Assembly (NCBI RefSeq): GCF_041956535.1
Contig: NW_027192206.1
Coordinates: 62,001 to 126,000, forward strand
Direction: 5' to 3'
DNA length: 64,000 nucleotides
DNA from: Calcarisporiella thermophila CBS 279.70
Taxonomy: Eukaryota; Fungi; Calcarisporiellomycota
The notes below the pieces were generated by a model. That model was not told the DNA's origin. It searched no databases and saw nothing but the letters and a program-made list of their open reading frames with translations. Below are positions 37,642 through 49,635 of the stretch, piece by piece (the stretch's first letter is position 1; each line of letters begins with the position of its first letter). The position numbers and the translations under genes were made by a program.

Positions 37642-38768
37642 TTACCAGCCGCGCTTCGCCATCTTCTGCTCGTCAGGCAGGGTGCTGCAGTTGATGCCGA
37701 CCATGGGCTCCCCTAGATCCTCGGAGATCTCGGCCAACTTCACGGGGTCGTTGTAGTGGGTCACGGCCTGGACGATAGCGCGCGCACGCTTCACCGGGTC
37801 GCCCGACTTGAAGATGCCGGATCCAACAAACACTCCGTCGCATCCGAGCTGCATCATCATGGCGGCATCCGCAGGAGTAGCGACACCACCGGCGGCGAAG
37901 TTCACCACGGGGAGACGACCGAGGCGAGCGGTCTCCTTGAGCAAGTGGAAGGGAGCCTGCAGTTCCTTCGCGTAGGAGTAGAGCTCCTCCTCGGACATGG
38001 CGGAAGCACGGCGGATCTCTGCATTCACGGTGCGCATGTGCCTTACGGCTTCCACCACATTGCCAGTTCCAGCCTCACCCTTGGTGCGGATCATAGCGGC
38101 GCCCTCGCCAATTCGTCGCAGGGCCTCTCCCAGGTTCTTAGCCCCGCATACGAAGGGAACCTTGAAGGTCTGCTTGTTGACATGGTGCTGCTCGTCTGCC
38201 GGGGTCAATACCTCAGATTCATCAATGTAATCGATGCCAATTGCCTCAAGAATCTTCGAGATTTACGCCGGAGAGCAGGGGGAGAGAGAGGTAAACAAAA
38301 GGGGGACAATGAGTCATACAATCCATGGTTAACATGGCAATAGTAATCATGAAGGTACCTGGGCCTCGACGAAGTGACCAATGCGCACTTTAGCCATCAC
38401 TGGAATGGTGACGGCCTCTTTGATCTCCTTGATCATTTTGGGATCCGACATGCGTGCAACTCCTCCCTCCTTTCGGATGTCGGCGGGGACCCGCTCCAGG
38501 GCCATGACGGCGCATGCACCGGCCTCCTCGGCAATGCGGGCCTGCTCAGGATTGACGACATCCATGATGACTCCACCCTACATAGATCGGCCGACATTGA
38601 TCAGCGAAAAAGAACGATGTTTATCAAGATGAATTGTTTGTTTAATTTACTTGCCTTTAACATTTGTGCAAGACCCGTCTTGACGTTGAAAGTTCCCTGG
38701 GAAGCATTCCCATTGAGGGCGGCGTCGGATGTGAGATTGGCGGGGATGGAGAAGTTCTGGGTCGACAT
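37642..38768 (-). CDS. SNZ1: Pyridoxal 5'-phosphate synthase subunit Pdx1/Snz1 (first intron 38578-38654 is GC-AG)
   Basis: [56 protein letters not shown]. Confidence 0.98.
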
Positions 38769-40673
38769 TGGAGATGGGATGAAAACACAAGGTGTGAGAA
38801 AGTAGGGGGAGATACTGGACGAGGGGAGAGAATATTTATAATTTCGAACAAATGAAAACAAGCGCGGGAATTTAAGTTGCTCTCTGATTTCCGGTGGCGG
38901 TCGCAGATGTAAAGTTGACAACGTTTGTGTCAAAATCCATCACATAATGGGTATTGGCCACAGGAATACTCATCTCTTCTTCAGCGCTTTTGCGGTTCCT
39001 GCATTTGGTTATCAAACAAAACTTGTTAGTCATCCGATGGATAAACATCCCCTTGCCCCTCCCCCTCCCCTCGTGAGCGCTACACGGCTGCATATCACAG
39101 GACCTCCATTGAAAGCAACGCAGCCAAGCAACTCCGGCCTTCTATTAAAAAATCAAGTGGCTCCAAAATTAACTTTTCCTTCATTTCGGGGAGTTCGAAG
39201 GCTGGCTCCTGCCTCAGGCCTTATTCTCGGGTTCGACTAAACCGCACGTCATGGCCATCCTCTTCTTCGACCAAGGTTCGGCTTCATTCTCAGCGGCCCA
39301 CTCTTGGCCGAACTCGGGAGCCATCAGCATCTAATGGAAATTGAATGCGTGGTAGGCTAAATTTAGACGAAGCGTTATGAGAAGTATAAGGAAAGCATAT
39401 GCCCTATAAACTTTTGGGAATGAGTAAGCTTAATATGTCACGTTTGCATGTATGATGGAGCGGGCATCAACAGGGATTGAATAACCGTGGGAATTTTACA
39501 AGCCTGAAGGTGGATGAGCCCTCTCGGATCAAGATGAAAGCAATGGAACATCCTGCCCCTCGGGTTAATGGACACTGCTTGTCTCGACTCTGCCTATAGC
39601 CAAGTGGGAGAGTTATTTTTATTCTGTATGCTAGGGTGTATATCAAGCATGCAAGTTGGAGCTGGCGGGTGAATCGGAAGATGAACCGATGCTGCTTGGT
39701 GTCTTCTGCCCTCCTTAAATTGACGTGGATAGTTGTGTCGTGTTCCAGCTCTACTTATCCAATCCACCACTACGATGCTTCCCAGCCAGTTTACCATGTC
39801 CCCTTAAGCTAAGCCAGACCCATCCCATACACACTCCATTTTGTTTTTCGGTATTATGATGAAACAATCCGAGACGTCTTTTAGCGATACACAATGTTCA
39901 TCACGCAGAGCTTTGATGAATATTGAATTTTTCCGAGCTTTGTCGAATACTCGCCTGCTATTCTTCTTATCATATTAATTATTTCCACTTGATTCGGTGC
40001 AACTCTCTTACCATCTTGGGCAGCCTCACCTCCCATCCATGACTGCATGATGAAGAGGATTACTAAACTGCATTGGCTAGCTCGGCCGGCTTTCGGAGTG
40101 ACGAGAGGATCAGATAGCATCTCAAATCAGGAACGCTAAGATGGTGGAAAGGGAGGGTGTCTACATGGACCGCTTCGACAGAGAGGAAGCATCCAAACTG
40201 GAGGACTTATGGACCCAGCATTGCCTTTCTTCTTTAAGCAACCGATGTTTCAGATGCTTGACAAAACTGATACATCTGAATTTGAATGCCTTGCCTTTCA
40301 CCTATCTATATTACGCTCCTCATTATCCAAATTGCACGCTGATAGGGTACCTGGGCCATCCCTTCGATGAAAATCTCCAAAATGTCTTTGATTTCTGATG
40401 GTCAATTATTCATGTCCTACCCTAACATCTCAAGTTTATTCTCCCTCCCTTCACCTTCATTTCTCCTTTATTAACTTTCTTTCCTCCTTTCCTCTCGCCT
40501 CTCCCCTATATAACCGGAAGATCCTTTCCTTTCGTTTCCTTTTCTTTCCTTAACCATCCCCGCATCCCGCCTTCTCTCCCTTCCCCTCCCTTCCCCTCCT
40601 TCATACCTAATTTATCTCTTTTTATTTGGCAAGCCTTCGCTCCTTATTTTTTTTTTACTTTTTTATTATCACC

Positions 40674-41630
40674 ATGATGAAGCTCTCTGCCACTGGTCTG
40701 GCTCTCGGCTTCCTTATGGCCGCCTTCCATGCGCCTCAGCCCGTCGCTTCGCTATCGCAGGGCGATATTGCCACTATCCTCGACGCTCACAACCGTCTCC
40801 GCGCCCGCCACGGGGCTCCCCCGCTCACCTGGAGCGATTCCCTGGCGAATGCGGCCCAGTCCTGGGCCAACCAGTGCCGCATGGAGCACAGCCACGGAAA
40901 GTTCGGCGAGAACCTGGCGTGGGGGTCGTCGAGCTGGCGGGCGGCGGTAGAGGAGAGTTGGTACAAGGGCGAGATCGGAGCGTTCAATTTCGCCAAGGCC
41001 CAATTCTCGCTGAACACTGGGCACTTCACGCAGATTGTCTGGCGCGACACGAAGAGGATCGGGTGCGGATTCAATCCTTGCCCCAGCCTGCCGATTCATC
41101 CCATGTACGTCTGCGAGTACGATCCCCCCGGTAAGTACCTCCCCCTCTCTGATGGAGTGAAGGGACGATGACCGAGGCGTGTTTTTGTTTTTCCACTAGG
41201 CAATGTCATTGGGGCCTTCGCGCAGAATGTGCTCCGTCCGCTCTCCTCCATCGGCATCGGAGGAGCAAGACTGAGCGGGGGGACTGGAGGCAAGGTCCAG
41301 AACGCTCCCGCGCCCCCGCAGGCCAAGCCCGCGGCCACCAAGCCCTCTAACCCAAAGGGGGAGATTCAGCGAAACCCCGCCAACCGGCCGCAGCAAGGAA
41401 CCGCTCCGGTGCAGACGGTGGTCAAGACCGCGAAGCCGGTGGTGGTAGTGGTGAAAGCCCGCCCGCAAGGCTATGCGAAGAAGGCGAAGAAGGCGAAGAA
41501 AGGCAAGGGAAAACGGCCCAAGGCCAAAGGAAGAAAGATGAAAAACAAGGGCGCGCACGCCTCTAAGCCTTACCGCTCCAGGCATTACGGCTATCGCCGC
41601 GTGCGCGCCCACCCTCGCACTGGCTTGTGA
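40674..41630 (+). CDS. Secreted CAP/SCP (PR-1/Pry-like) protein with long Lys/Arg-rich C-terminal tail
   Basis: Signal peptide; HNRLRARHG, GENLAWG, GHFTQIVW, IGCG, VCEYDPPGN across intron 41131-41199; upstream TATATAA near 40507. Confidence 0.93.
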
Positions 41631-42692
41631 GGGCGTCGCGCTGGCGCTTCACCATAGGGGTCTGGGACCGTGGTGACTTTTGTAGCGACTAATCTTAACG
41701 GACGTAATGTAATCTAATATATAAAGTTCATTGGATCATGGAAGGATGAGGGGCTTCTGCTTTGCGCTTCTCCAAACCTGCTGGGTTCACGCCCTCTCTC
41801 CCTCAGGGGCTGGCCAAGCTAGTCAGCCTGAAATAAACAAACATCAGGTCATTACACAACAAGAGAGCGAGGAGGGACATGGTAACGTTACAGTGAGAGA
41901 AAAAAAAACAGCCCTCCATCCTTGCACACGAAACTTTGTGTCTTGTCAGGTTCGTGGATTTTCCGAGGAATTGTTTGTCACGCAAAGAGATGGGGAAGAG
42001 CGAGCGAGGAGAAATCGCCGCACCAGTAGCTGATTGCTGAACCCAACCTTATCCTCCACGTTTTTTGCATCTTGTCTCACGGCGAGGACGAATATGGATG
42101 CGAGGGTTACCATCGCTGACCGGGTAAGCCAGCGATGCTAAGGGGGGGGGGGGGCAGAGGTGCTGGTGCGAGCGGGCGAGAGGGGGCATTCCCGAATCAA
42201 AAACGCCCAATGGCCCCGGCTCGATTCGATGGATTTGCAGGCCTCGGATCCGTCTAAGCAATAAAAGCGCATCGCTGAGCTGAGATCGGTTCCCCCTCCT
42301 CGAGATCCTACAGACACTGGTACACGAAGCTTCTCCGCTTTAACGTCACCTTCCCCTTCTCCCGCCCTCTCCCTTCCCTATTCAGGCATTACGTAGGGAA
42401 ATTGCTTATTCGGGAGGAGGGGGGGGGGAGGGGAGTTAGGCAGAAAAAATACTATTCTTGGAAAAAAATTATATATTTCAAATAAAAAGAAATAGGAGAA
42501 ATAGACAATAGTACTGTTCCCGGACCTTATGTACAAACAGAAAATGGAATAATAAAAAAAGGGGAGAATCATGACAAAACAATTAGGGGAGAAATCAAGT
42601 GCAAAATCACGAGAAATAACATTAAAAGAGGAGAAAAGAAACCAATGATGAAAGCGGCATGATGACGGAGGAGAGGAAAAAAGGGAGATACT

Positions 42693-43097
42693 CTATGGCA
42701 CCAGCCCGCCGGGTTGGCGCGATTGCCGGGGCTGGGAGGAAGAGGGGGGGGGCGGGGGCGGAGGCGGTGGCATAAAGGCCTCCAGACCCCATACTGCGTT
42801 GGAGCGGCGATGGGTGCGACGCAGATGTTTTGACAAGGGAGGAGAGGAGACCGAAGGCGGCGAGAGGGGTCTGGAGGTTGCAGGCGAGGATGGCACCGGA
42901 GACGAAATGACTCCTACGGAGGGGGAGGAGGTGGTGGTGGTGGCAGAGGAGGTCAGATTCGATGGCATACCGCTCACGTAGCGAGGATCGAGTGTGTAAG
43001 TTTTACAATGTGATGCGCAAGATTTGTAACCGCTGTAGAGTGGACGGCGATGATCATAATGGTAGGAGGGGTACCCGACGGTCTGCGATTGAAACAT
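42693..43097 (-). CDS. Hypothetical Ser/Pro-rich small protein
   Basis: ATG-initiated ORF MFQSQTVGYPSY...LDPRYV...RRTHRRSNAVWGL flanked by UTR-like sequence; no recognised domain. Confidence 0.5.
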   Translation of the reverse strand: MFQSQTVGYPSYHYDHRRPLYSGYKSCASHCKTYTLDPRYVSGMPSNLTSSATTTTSSPSVGVISSPVPSSPATSRPLSPPSVSSPPLSKHLRRTHRRSNAVWGLEAFMPPPPPPPPPSSSQPRQSRQPGGLVP

Positions 43098-45829
43098 GTA
43101 GAAGGGTGGGTTTGCGAGGCCTCTCGGGTGCAAGCGAATGGATGTAATCAAATCGAGTGGATGGTAGCACGGCAATGAGGAGGGCGAATTCAGGGCCAAG
43201 CGTCAAATGGAGAGATGACTAACAAAGCAGAAATGCCCCGTAATGGGTAGAGATGCCAATGATGGCTAGCAGCAGTGAGGGGGCACAGGGCTGTTGTCGA
43301 CAAGATGGGGGGGGGGGACGGTGGAAGGCCGGCGAGCGGGCTAAATGGGCTCTTGATGGAGGGAGAAGCAGTGAGGAGAAGATGGGCGAAGAAGAAAAAA
43401 CAAATTCAATCAAAGCGACGGCTGAGCAGAGCGGCTACAGGGCGGCGAGGGCAATATCTGGCGAGGGTCAGCAGGGGCGACTATGGCTCGACCTTTGGCA
43501 AAATAATGGCGAGGGCGGAGGGAGGCAGGAGAAGGCGGAAAAACGGTTCAGACGGCCGCTGCAAATTTTTGGGGAGAAGAAAAAGAAAAAAGAGAAAAAA
43601 AAAAGCAAAGAAAAGCAACGTCGATCGCCCACTCTCGCGCGCAAGCTGTGGAACATTGTAGGATCTTCAAGTTTAGCATGAGATCGGCACACATCCCAGC
43701 ACGGAATAACTGAACAAATTCAGACGTTTCTCGTGAGTCATCCGGCTAACATTCTTATTAACCCGGACATAACAGTGCAGGAGGAGCATATGGTTTCGGG
43801 CGGCTCTCCCTCTCCTCCTCCCCCCTCGCTCTTTCGTCATGGTTGCAGGTCTTGATTTTTTTTACAACCGAGTACTAGCAAAGCATAATCTAATTTCCGT
43901 TCCAATGGAACACCCGGCCCAGCAGCCGGCCCGGTGCTCTCGCTCTGTTGTCGCAGAGTCGAGGCCCTTTCGCCTCCCCGCGCCGCACGGCAAGGCATTG
44001 CAGAGCCTTCCGGGGACGGCCTTTGTTTCTGGCTCATAGGGGCTTGCCCCCACCGCCCAGCGATCAACCATTTTGCTGGGAGATCTCGGGCGGAAAAAGG
44101 AAAGCGGCCAGGATGGGCGGCAACCTGTCTCTCCAAGCAGGTACAAAGCTAAAATTATCCTCAGACCACAAAATTTCCGGTTCCCACCCAACGCTTCGCA
44201 GTCCAGTCAAAAGCGCGCTCGTTTCATGGCCCTCGTGCAAGGCCTGTTCTGGCTGGAAAGCCGCCGCAGAAACGCTCGCCTCGCGCCTTCCATCCCTGTA
44301 TCGCCTTCCACAAGCGTGGGGCGGCCCCCGCAGGACGCCTTCAGCAGGCGGGGCCCGGAAACGTTTACCCATGGCTGCATGAACGTCGGGTAATCTCTCA
44401 TCCTGGCGGCTGCGGATGGGCAAGCGGGCTCCCCTCCCACTCATGGACCAGCTGTCACGATGGATAGAACCAGCGCTCAGTCCTCTCTGAGCCTAATCGA
44501 GGGCCTCGATTTCCGCATGTGGTGATGCTCCTGCGGACTCCTGCAGGCTGAAGCCGGAGATTGACTTGGTTTTGGTCAAGCCAAGCCTCTCCGCTTCCCT
44601 TCCCCCCGTCTGAAACTTTCTAGAAGTGCAGGAGGCTGATCGCAGATGGCTTTTAATTAACTTTTCATGTTCCAAAGCGGTTTGGGCTTTGTTTTGCTTT
44701 CCTTAAGCGGGGCGTCCGCGCATATGTTTCATACTAACAGCTCGCAAATGGATCTTCGGTCCCCACCCACTCTTGTTCAGTAAGCCCACGGAAAGTCAAC
44801 CGGGCTTTGGCAAACCACATGGTTGGGGATTGCGCCAACGCTTACAAATCTGCAGCCGGAGATGAGCGGGAGGGGGGATTGAAGAGAGAAGGAGGCCGCC
44901 GCCCCCTCACATGATGAAACACCACCTTGTTGGAGCGATCACCCCCCCTCCCCCGGATCCCCGCCCAGCCGACACACGCGCAACTCCACACCATGCAGCT
45001 CTTAATATTCACCGTGCAAATTAGCTTTGTTAGAGAACGGTGGCTTATTAGAGGCCCTGTATCATGACATTGAAGGTTCTGGTGGCACGCCCCTCCATCC
45101 CTCGGGCGTCGGAAACGAGGTAGCGCTAGCAGGGGTTGCGCACACAAGCAATGACCTCATCCTCTCCGCGATGACACAATGGTGGAGGCATGGCATGGTC
45201 ATTGCAACCACTCGCGATGAGACGCAGGGGTGATTTGCCAGCCCGTGGTTGGCTCACGGCCCGACCGACCATAGGGGTTGAATTTGTATCCGTGATGCCC
45301 TATGTATCGGCTATTTTTCCATTTTATGAAGTGTGTATTCTGTTTGCACTCTGATGCAACGCTGGTCGGGCTCCAGAACAAATTATGCATGTTGAAGTGA
45401 ATTTTTTTCTACATGAAAAATAAAATTTTCTCGATGGGAAGGGATGGGGAGGATGCGACGTTGAACTCAACGCTGCTATGTATTCACACCCGTGCTTGTC
45501 GAGTAGCTAACCGCTCCCGTTCCATGTCGCCAAAAATCTCCTCTACAGCTCAGCTAGAAGTGTCGTGTGCTTAGGGGGTGGGGAAAAAAAAATTGTCTTG
45601 TCGTGCTGGTAGATCCATGGGATAGTCCTTTCATTATTTCTATTATAGAGAGAATATTTCTAATATACACAGTCCGATTCTAATAACAAATCTGAAGGGA
45701 TGGGGGTAAATACATTCGAAAATATTAGGAGGAAAAAATAAAATAAAATAAAATAAACGGAGTTAGGGAGGCGAGCGGTTAGAAAAGCGCGACAAGCATG
45801 ATTAAGAGTGGTGTGAAGTAGGGTAGGAG

Positions 45830-47284
45830 TTATGAGGGCGGGCTGAGCGTATGCTCACTGGCGGCTGTTTTTTTGTGCTCAAGTTTGTCGACCTTCTCCA
45901 TGGCTAGCTCACTGTCCTTGCCGTTTGATTCCGTGATGCTTGCAATGACAAAGAGAGCTACCGGCAGCGACACGACCAGCAAAACAAAGTTGATGATGAT
46001 CTGGGTCAGGTAGTTCACCCCGTGGCCATCGATACTCCATGCAATGGCGGCTCCGGCGGACTGGAAGCTCTTGTAGAATCCGGCAAAGCGGGACAGCATC
46101 TGGGAGTCCGAGGTAAGCGAGCCAAGCACCCAGTAGCAGAAGACCTGCCATAGGGCATCGTTCAAGCCGTAGAGCGCATAGAGCACGAAGGCGCCGCCGA
46201 AGCGGCGGTCGGTCCAGTCCACGGCGGGCGAGGGCTGGTTACGCTCATAGGTCACCTGGAAGGCAACTCCTCCGGCCCACGTCGGCAGCAAGACCAGGCA
46301 GACGATGGCGAGCCCGAGATAGCCACGGGTCCGACGGCTCCACCGCGGGGAGTCCAGGAACATGCCGAAGAGGGCGGCCCCCAGAATCTGCATGCCCCAG
46401 TAGATCACGTTGTTAAGCGAGCGAGTGCGCACGTTGAAGTAGAAGCCGTTGACCGCATTGAACTGGTAGGTGTAGAAGAAGTTGCTCGAGAAGCACATGG
46501 GGATGAGGACGAGCAGCTTCCAGTTCGTGAGCAGCTTCAGGATGGCAATGGTTTCGGCCTTCCAGTCGGGGTACTTCACCACCGCCACCATGGAGCCGTC
46601 ATCGCGCACCACCTTGTGGGGCGGGAGCAGGGTCAGCGTGAGCATGCCTCCCAACGCCATCACCACAATGAACGCAATGTAGGTCTCGTTGCTGACGGAG
46701 CCGGCGGAGGTCTGCCGGAGGTTGATGATCAGGGGGATGATGCCGCCGATCACTCCTCCGATGTTGAAGATAGCCCAGAAGATTGAGATGTAGCGACCCT
46801 TGTTGCGCTCGTCAGGATAGCTCATCATCATAGCTCCCTGAGCGGCCCAGAGCATGCCTGCGCACACCCCAAGGATGGCGCCCGAGGCCACCACAAAGCC
46901 GCCATTGCTGGTGATGTTGTAGCAGAGGAGAGAGCCGGCATAGAGCACGTATCCAAGGGTGCCGATGAGCAGGGTGAGTCGGGGTCCGAGAAGATTGTTG
47001 ATACCGCCACTGAAGAAACCGAAGATACTGAAGCAGGCGTAGAGGGCAGCGTTGGCTCTGTCGACAACAGTGTGATCCACTTGACCTCCACCTCCCATGC
47101 CTATACACACCCACCGAAAAGTACAAGGGCGATAACCGAGTTAGCAAACTTGTCAAGTTGGGTTCGGAAGAGGGCGAGTTTTCTGGACATTACCTTGCAA
47201 GGCATTAAACATGCCCGGACAGCAGAAGCAAACAAGCCCCACCAAAATGATTTGGTATAGGGACCGGTTGTAGTTTTGGAACAT
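45830..47284 (-). CDS. UNC-93-like MFS transporter (paralog A)
   Basis: QIILVGLVCFCCPGMFNALQG, GMGGGG, LWAAQGAMMMSYP, FNVRTRSLN, GFYKSFQSAGAA; one intron after NALQ. Confidence 0.93.
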
Positions 47285-47318
47285 GACGATGAGAAAAAAG
47301 AGGGTGCCTCCCAAACCT

Positions 47319-47340
47319 GAAGAAGAAGAAGAAGAAGAAG
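47319..47340. repeat. (GAA)n microsatellite in the UNC-93 5' region
   Basis: gaagaagaagaagaagaagaag. Confidence 0.8.
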
Positions 47341-49309
47341 GAGAGTGTGTTGTTGATTCCACAAGCACAGTAGAGAAGGAGGGGGGAGAAGGCCTGGGAA
47401 AGCAAAGAAGAGGACTGGAAACGGGGGAGGGGGGGAAACGAAAGACAATGACAAATATAAACAAATGAAGACCAACTAGAAAAAGAAGTACCGAAAATAG
47501 GCAACTATTTATAGGCCCGTTGTTTCGCGGGGCAAACATGGCATTCCGCAAGAATCATGGAAAGCATGGTTCGCGGGAACACAAACCGAAGAGCTATTTG
47601 TCTTGATTGGTCTTGGAATTAATGCATGTTTGAGTTGCGTTGATGTCCCGATGATGTCAATTGGAGAGGCTTTTCCGAAGCTTACACACAAAAATTATTA
47701 GGGGTGAAGAGGGGGTTGCGGCTCATCCTTCCAAGGACCAGAGCTGGCTGGGGCGGCCCTTCTCTGCGAAGCCCTTGAGCCGAGACTGGAGGGAGGCGCG
47801 CGGTGGTGCAGAGGGCCTAGAAACGGTCGGGCCAAAGTGGGAAAAGAAAAAAATTAGACTGGTGGCGGAGTTGGCGGCCGTAGAATAGAAGCCCTCTCAT
47901 TCGGCCGATTCCCGCTCCTTATTCTCAGGGCCCGCACATAAGGAAATAGGCTAGGGCGGTGAAAGTCTCCGGTTGGTGCCATGAGGTTTGTGTATTGGGG
48001 GAAGAGCGGGGAGGTTCTGTGGTTTTATTCTCTTTTGAGAGTAGGCGCATCATTCATCCACATGAATCTTTGGGGAGAATATACCTAACTGAGTGTAAAG
48101 GAGCCAGAGTTTCCCACGGTAGCTCTTTACAGCTGGTGGGCTCTTCTATAGCTTCTCGAGAGCCTTTCGATGGTTTTGCCAAGGAGATGCAACGTGTCCC
48201 TGGTGAAATCTTTCCCATTTCCTTATTGGAAGGGGGGAGAAAGGCCCTAGGTTAGCCCCGTGGAATACAAGCTGGCCACTAGGTACAAGCCGAAGTTGGC
48301 GAGGGGAGGGGGGAGGGGGAAAGAGGAGGAACTCGGGAGCAATTCGGGACAGCGAAATTAGCCGGCCGAAAATCGTCGGCGAGTGTACCACACTTGCAAC
48401 GCACGTCAATAGCTTGGTCAAAGCATATTCCGGGGCCATATCGGCAATTTCCAGTGGTGCCCGGGTGTCCAGTCCTCATGAGTGAAAACCCGAATTGGCA
48501 TCCACAAACACACCTACACTCTAGGGAAGGGAGAGGGCTCACAATCAATTCAGAGTCAACTGGCGGATTCTGTTTGGAGAGCCAATTCCAGCCTCGCCGT
48601 CATCCGCCTATGTCGAAGGGCAAATAAGGGTTGGATGGTTTTGGCATCTTTGGCATTAAGGTCTAAGGAGTGCCATTGGAAGTGCAAGTTAATCTGCGGT
48701 TTAAATTGGATCGAAACAAGCGCATGCAGCCCAGAGTGTGGTTCACATGGGGCCTCCAAATTTGTTGTTTGATCAAGATGTGCGTTCTTAATATCGGATA
48801 ATTTACTAAAGCCAATTAATCGCATTTTGTTTCATGTCTGGTCCAATTCCGCAAAATTAGTAAACTGAATTAATGTATTCTTTAGGGTGGAAAGAGACCC
48901 CCCTTGTTTTTTGAAAGCCAGAATTCTAACTATCCTTAAGGACAAAAAAAAGTAGGCTATTTCATCCGTTTTTATTTAACCAAAGCATCAGCCCAAGGGG
49001 CTAGAAAAGTGTACAGGCGACTCTAGTCAAATGCTTTTGTTAGATACAGTTTTGAGATCTCTTTTGTTGAAACTCTAGAGCATTTCAAGTACCGATTATG
49101 GTTCGTCATACCAAACAGCAGGTGCAGACGACATCCGATGAAGATTATGTGTAGTGTTTCGAGGGAAAAGCTCCAAGGCTCTACCCCAAATCAACAAAGA
49201 AATAGATTCGGAAGCGAGTTGAAGAATCGGGAACCGCAGAATTGTGCCGTCTGATCGACAAGTTTCACAAATGCTCCTCGAGCAGATAAAGTGTAGGCAG
49301 TCTACCGTC

Positions 49310-49341
49310 CAGTAATGCAGCTCACTGATACTGCATTACTG
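49310..49341. repeat. Perfect 11-bp inverted repeat with 10-nt spacer upstream of the multicopper oxidase
   Basis: CAGTAATGCAG-ctcactgata-CTGCATTACTG. Confidence 0.75.
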
Positions 49342-49635
49342 AACCAACGCGAGAGCGATGGTTCTCAAGGAGATGAATTCATATTCCTGGTATATTTTAT
49401 ACTAGTGATTTTATCATTCTGTCAATGAGGTCTCGGTAGGAGGATAGGGATTTACGCTAGTGACGACGTTCTGCCGTATTTTAACAGGGGGTCGAGTGTA
49501 AATCGGCCATTGTATTCTAAAAAAGGCCCAAAACAGATATTGCCCGTCTAAGACGGGATGGACCGTATTGGGGCTGCTGATCATAATAAGAAAGCGAAAA
49601 TCGCTTATTTCCCCCAAGCAGTCGCTTCGAGAGCA

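Noticed and set aside
38770-40400. Expected divergent SNO1/PDX2 partner of SNZ1
   Set aside because: No glutaminase motifs in any frame; unlinked SNZ and SNO genes are common
43200-45400. Numerous overlapping 60-140 aa ORFs in GC-rich intergenic DNA
   Set aside because: No domains or splice support; expected by chance at high GC. Antisense ORFs over PEPD, SNZ1, MFS and RCC1 are codon-bias shadows
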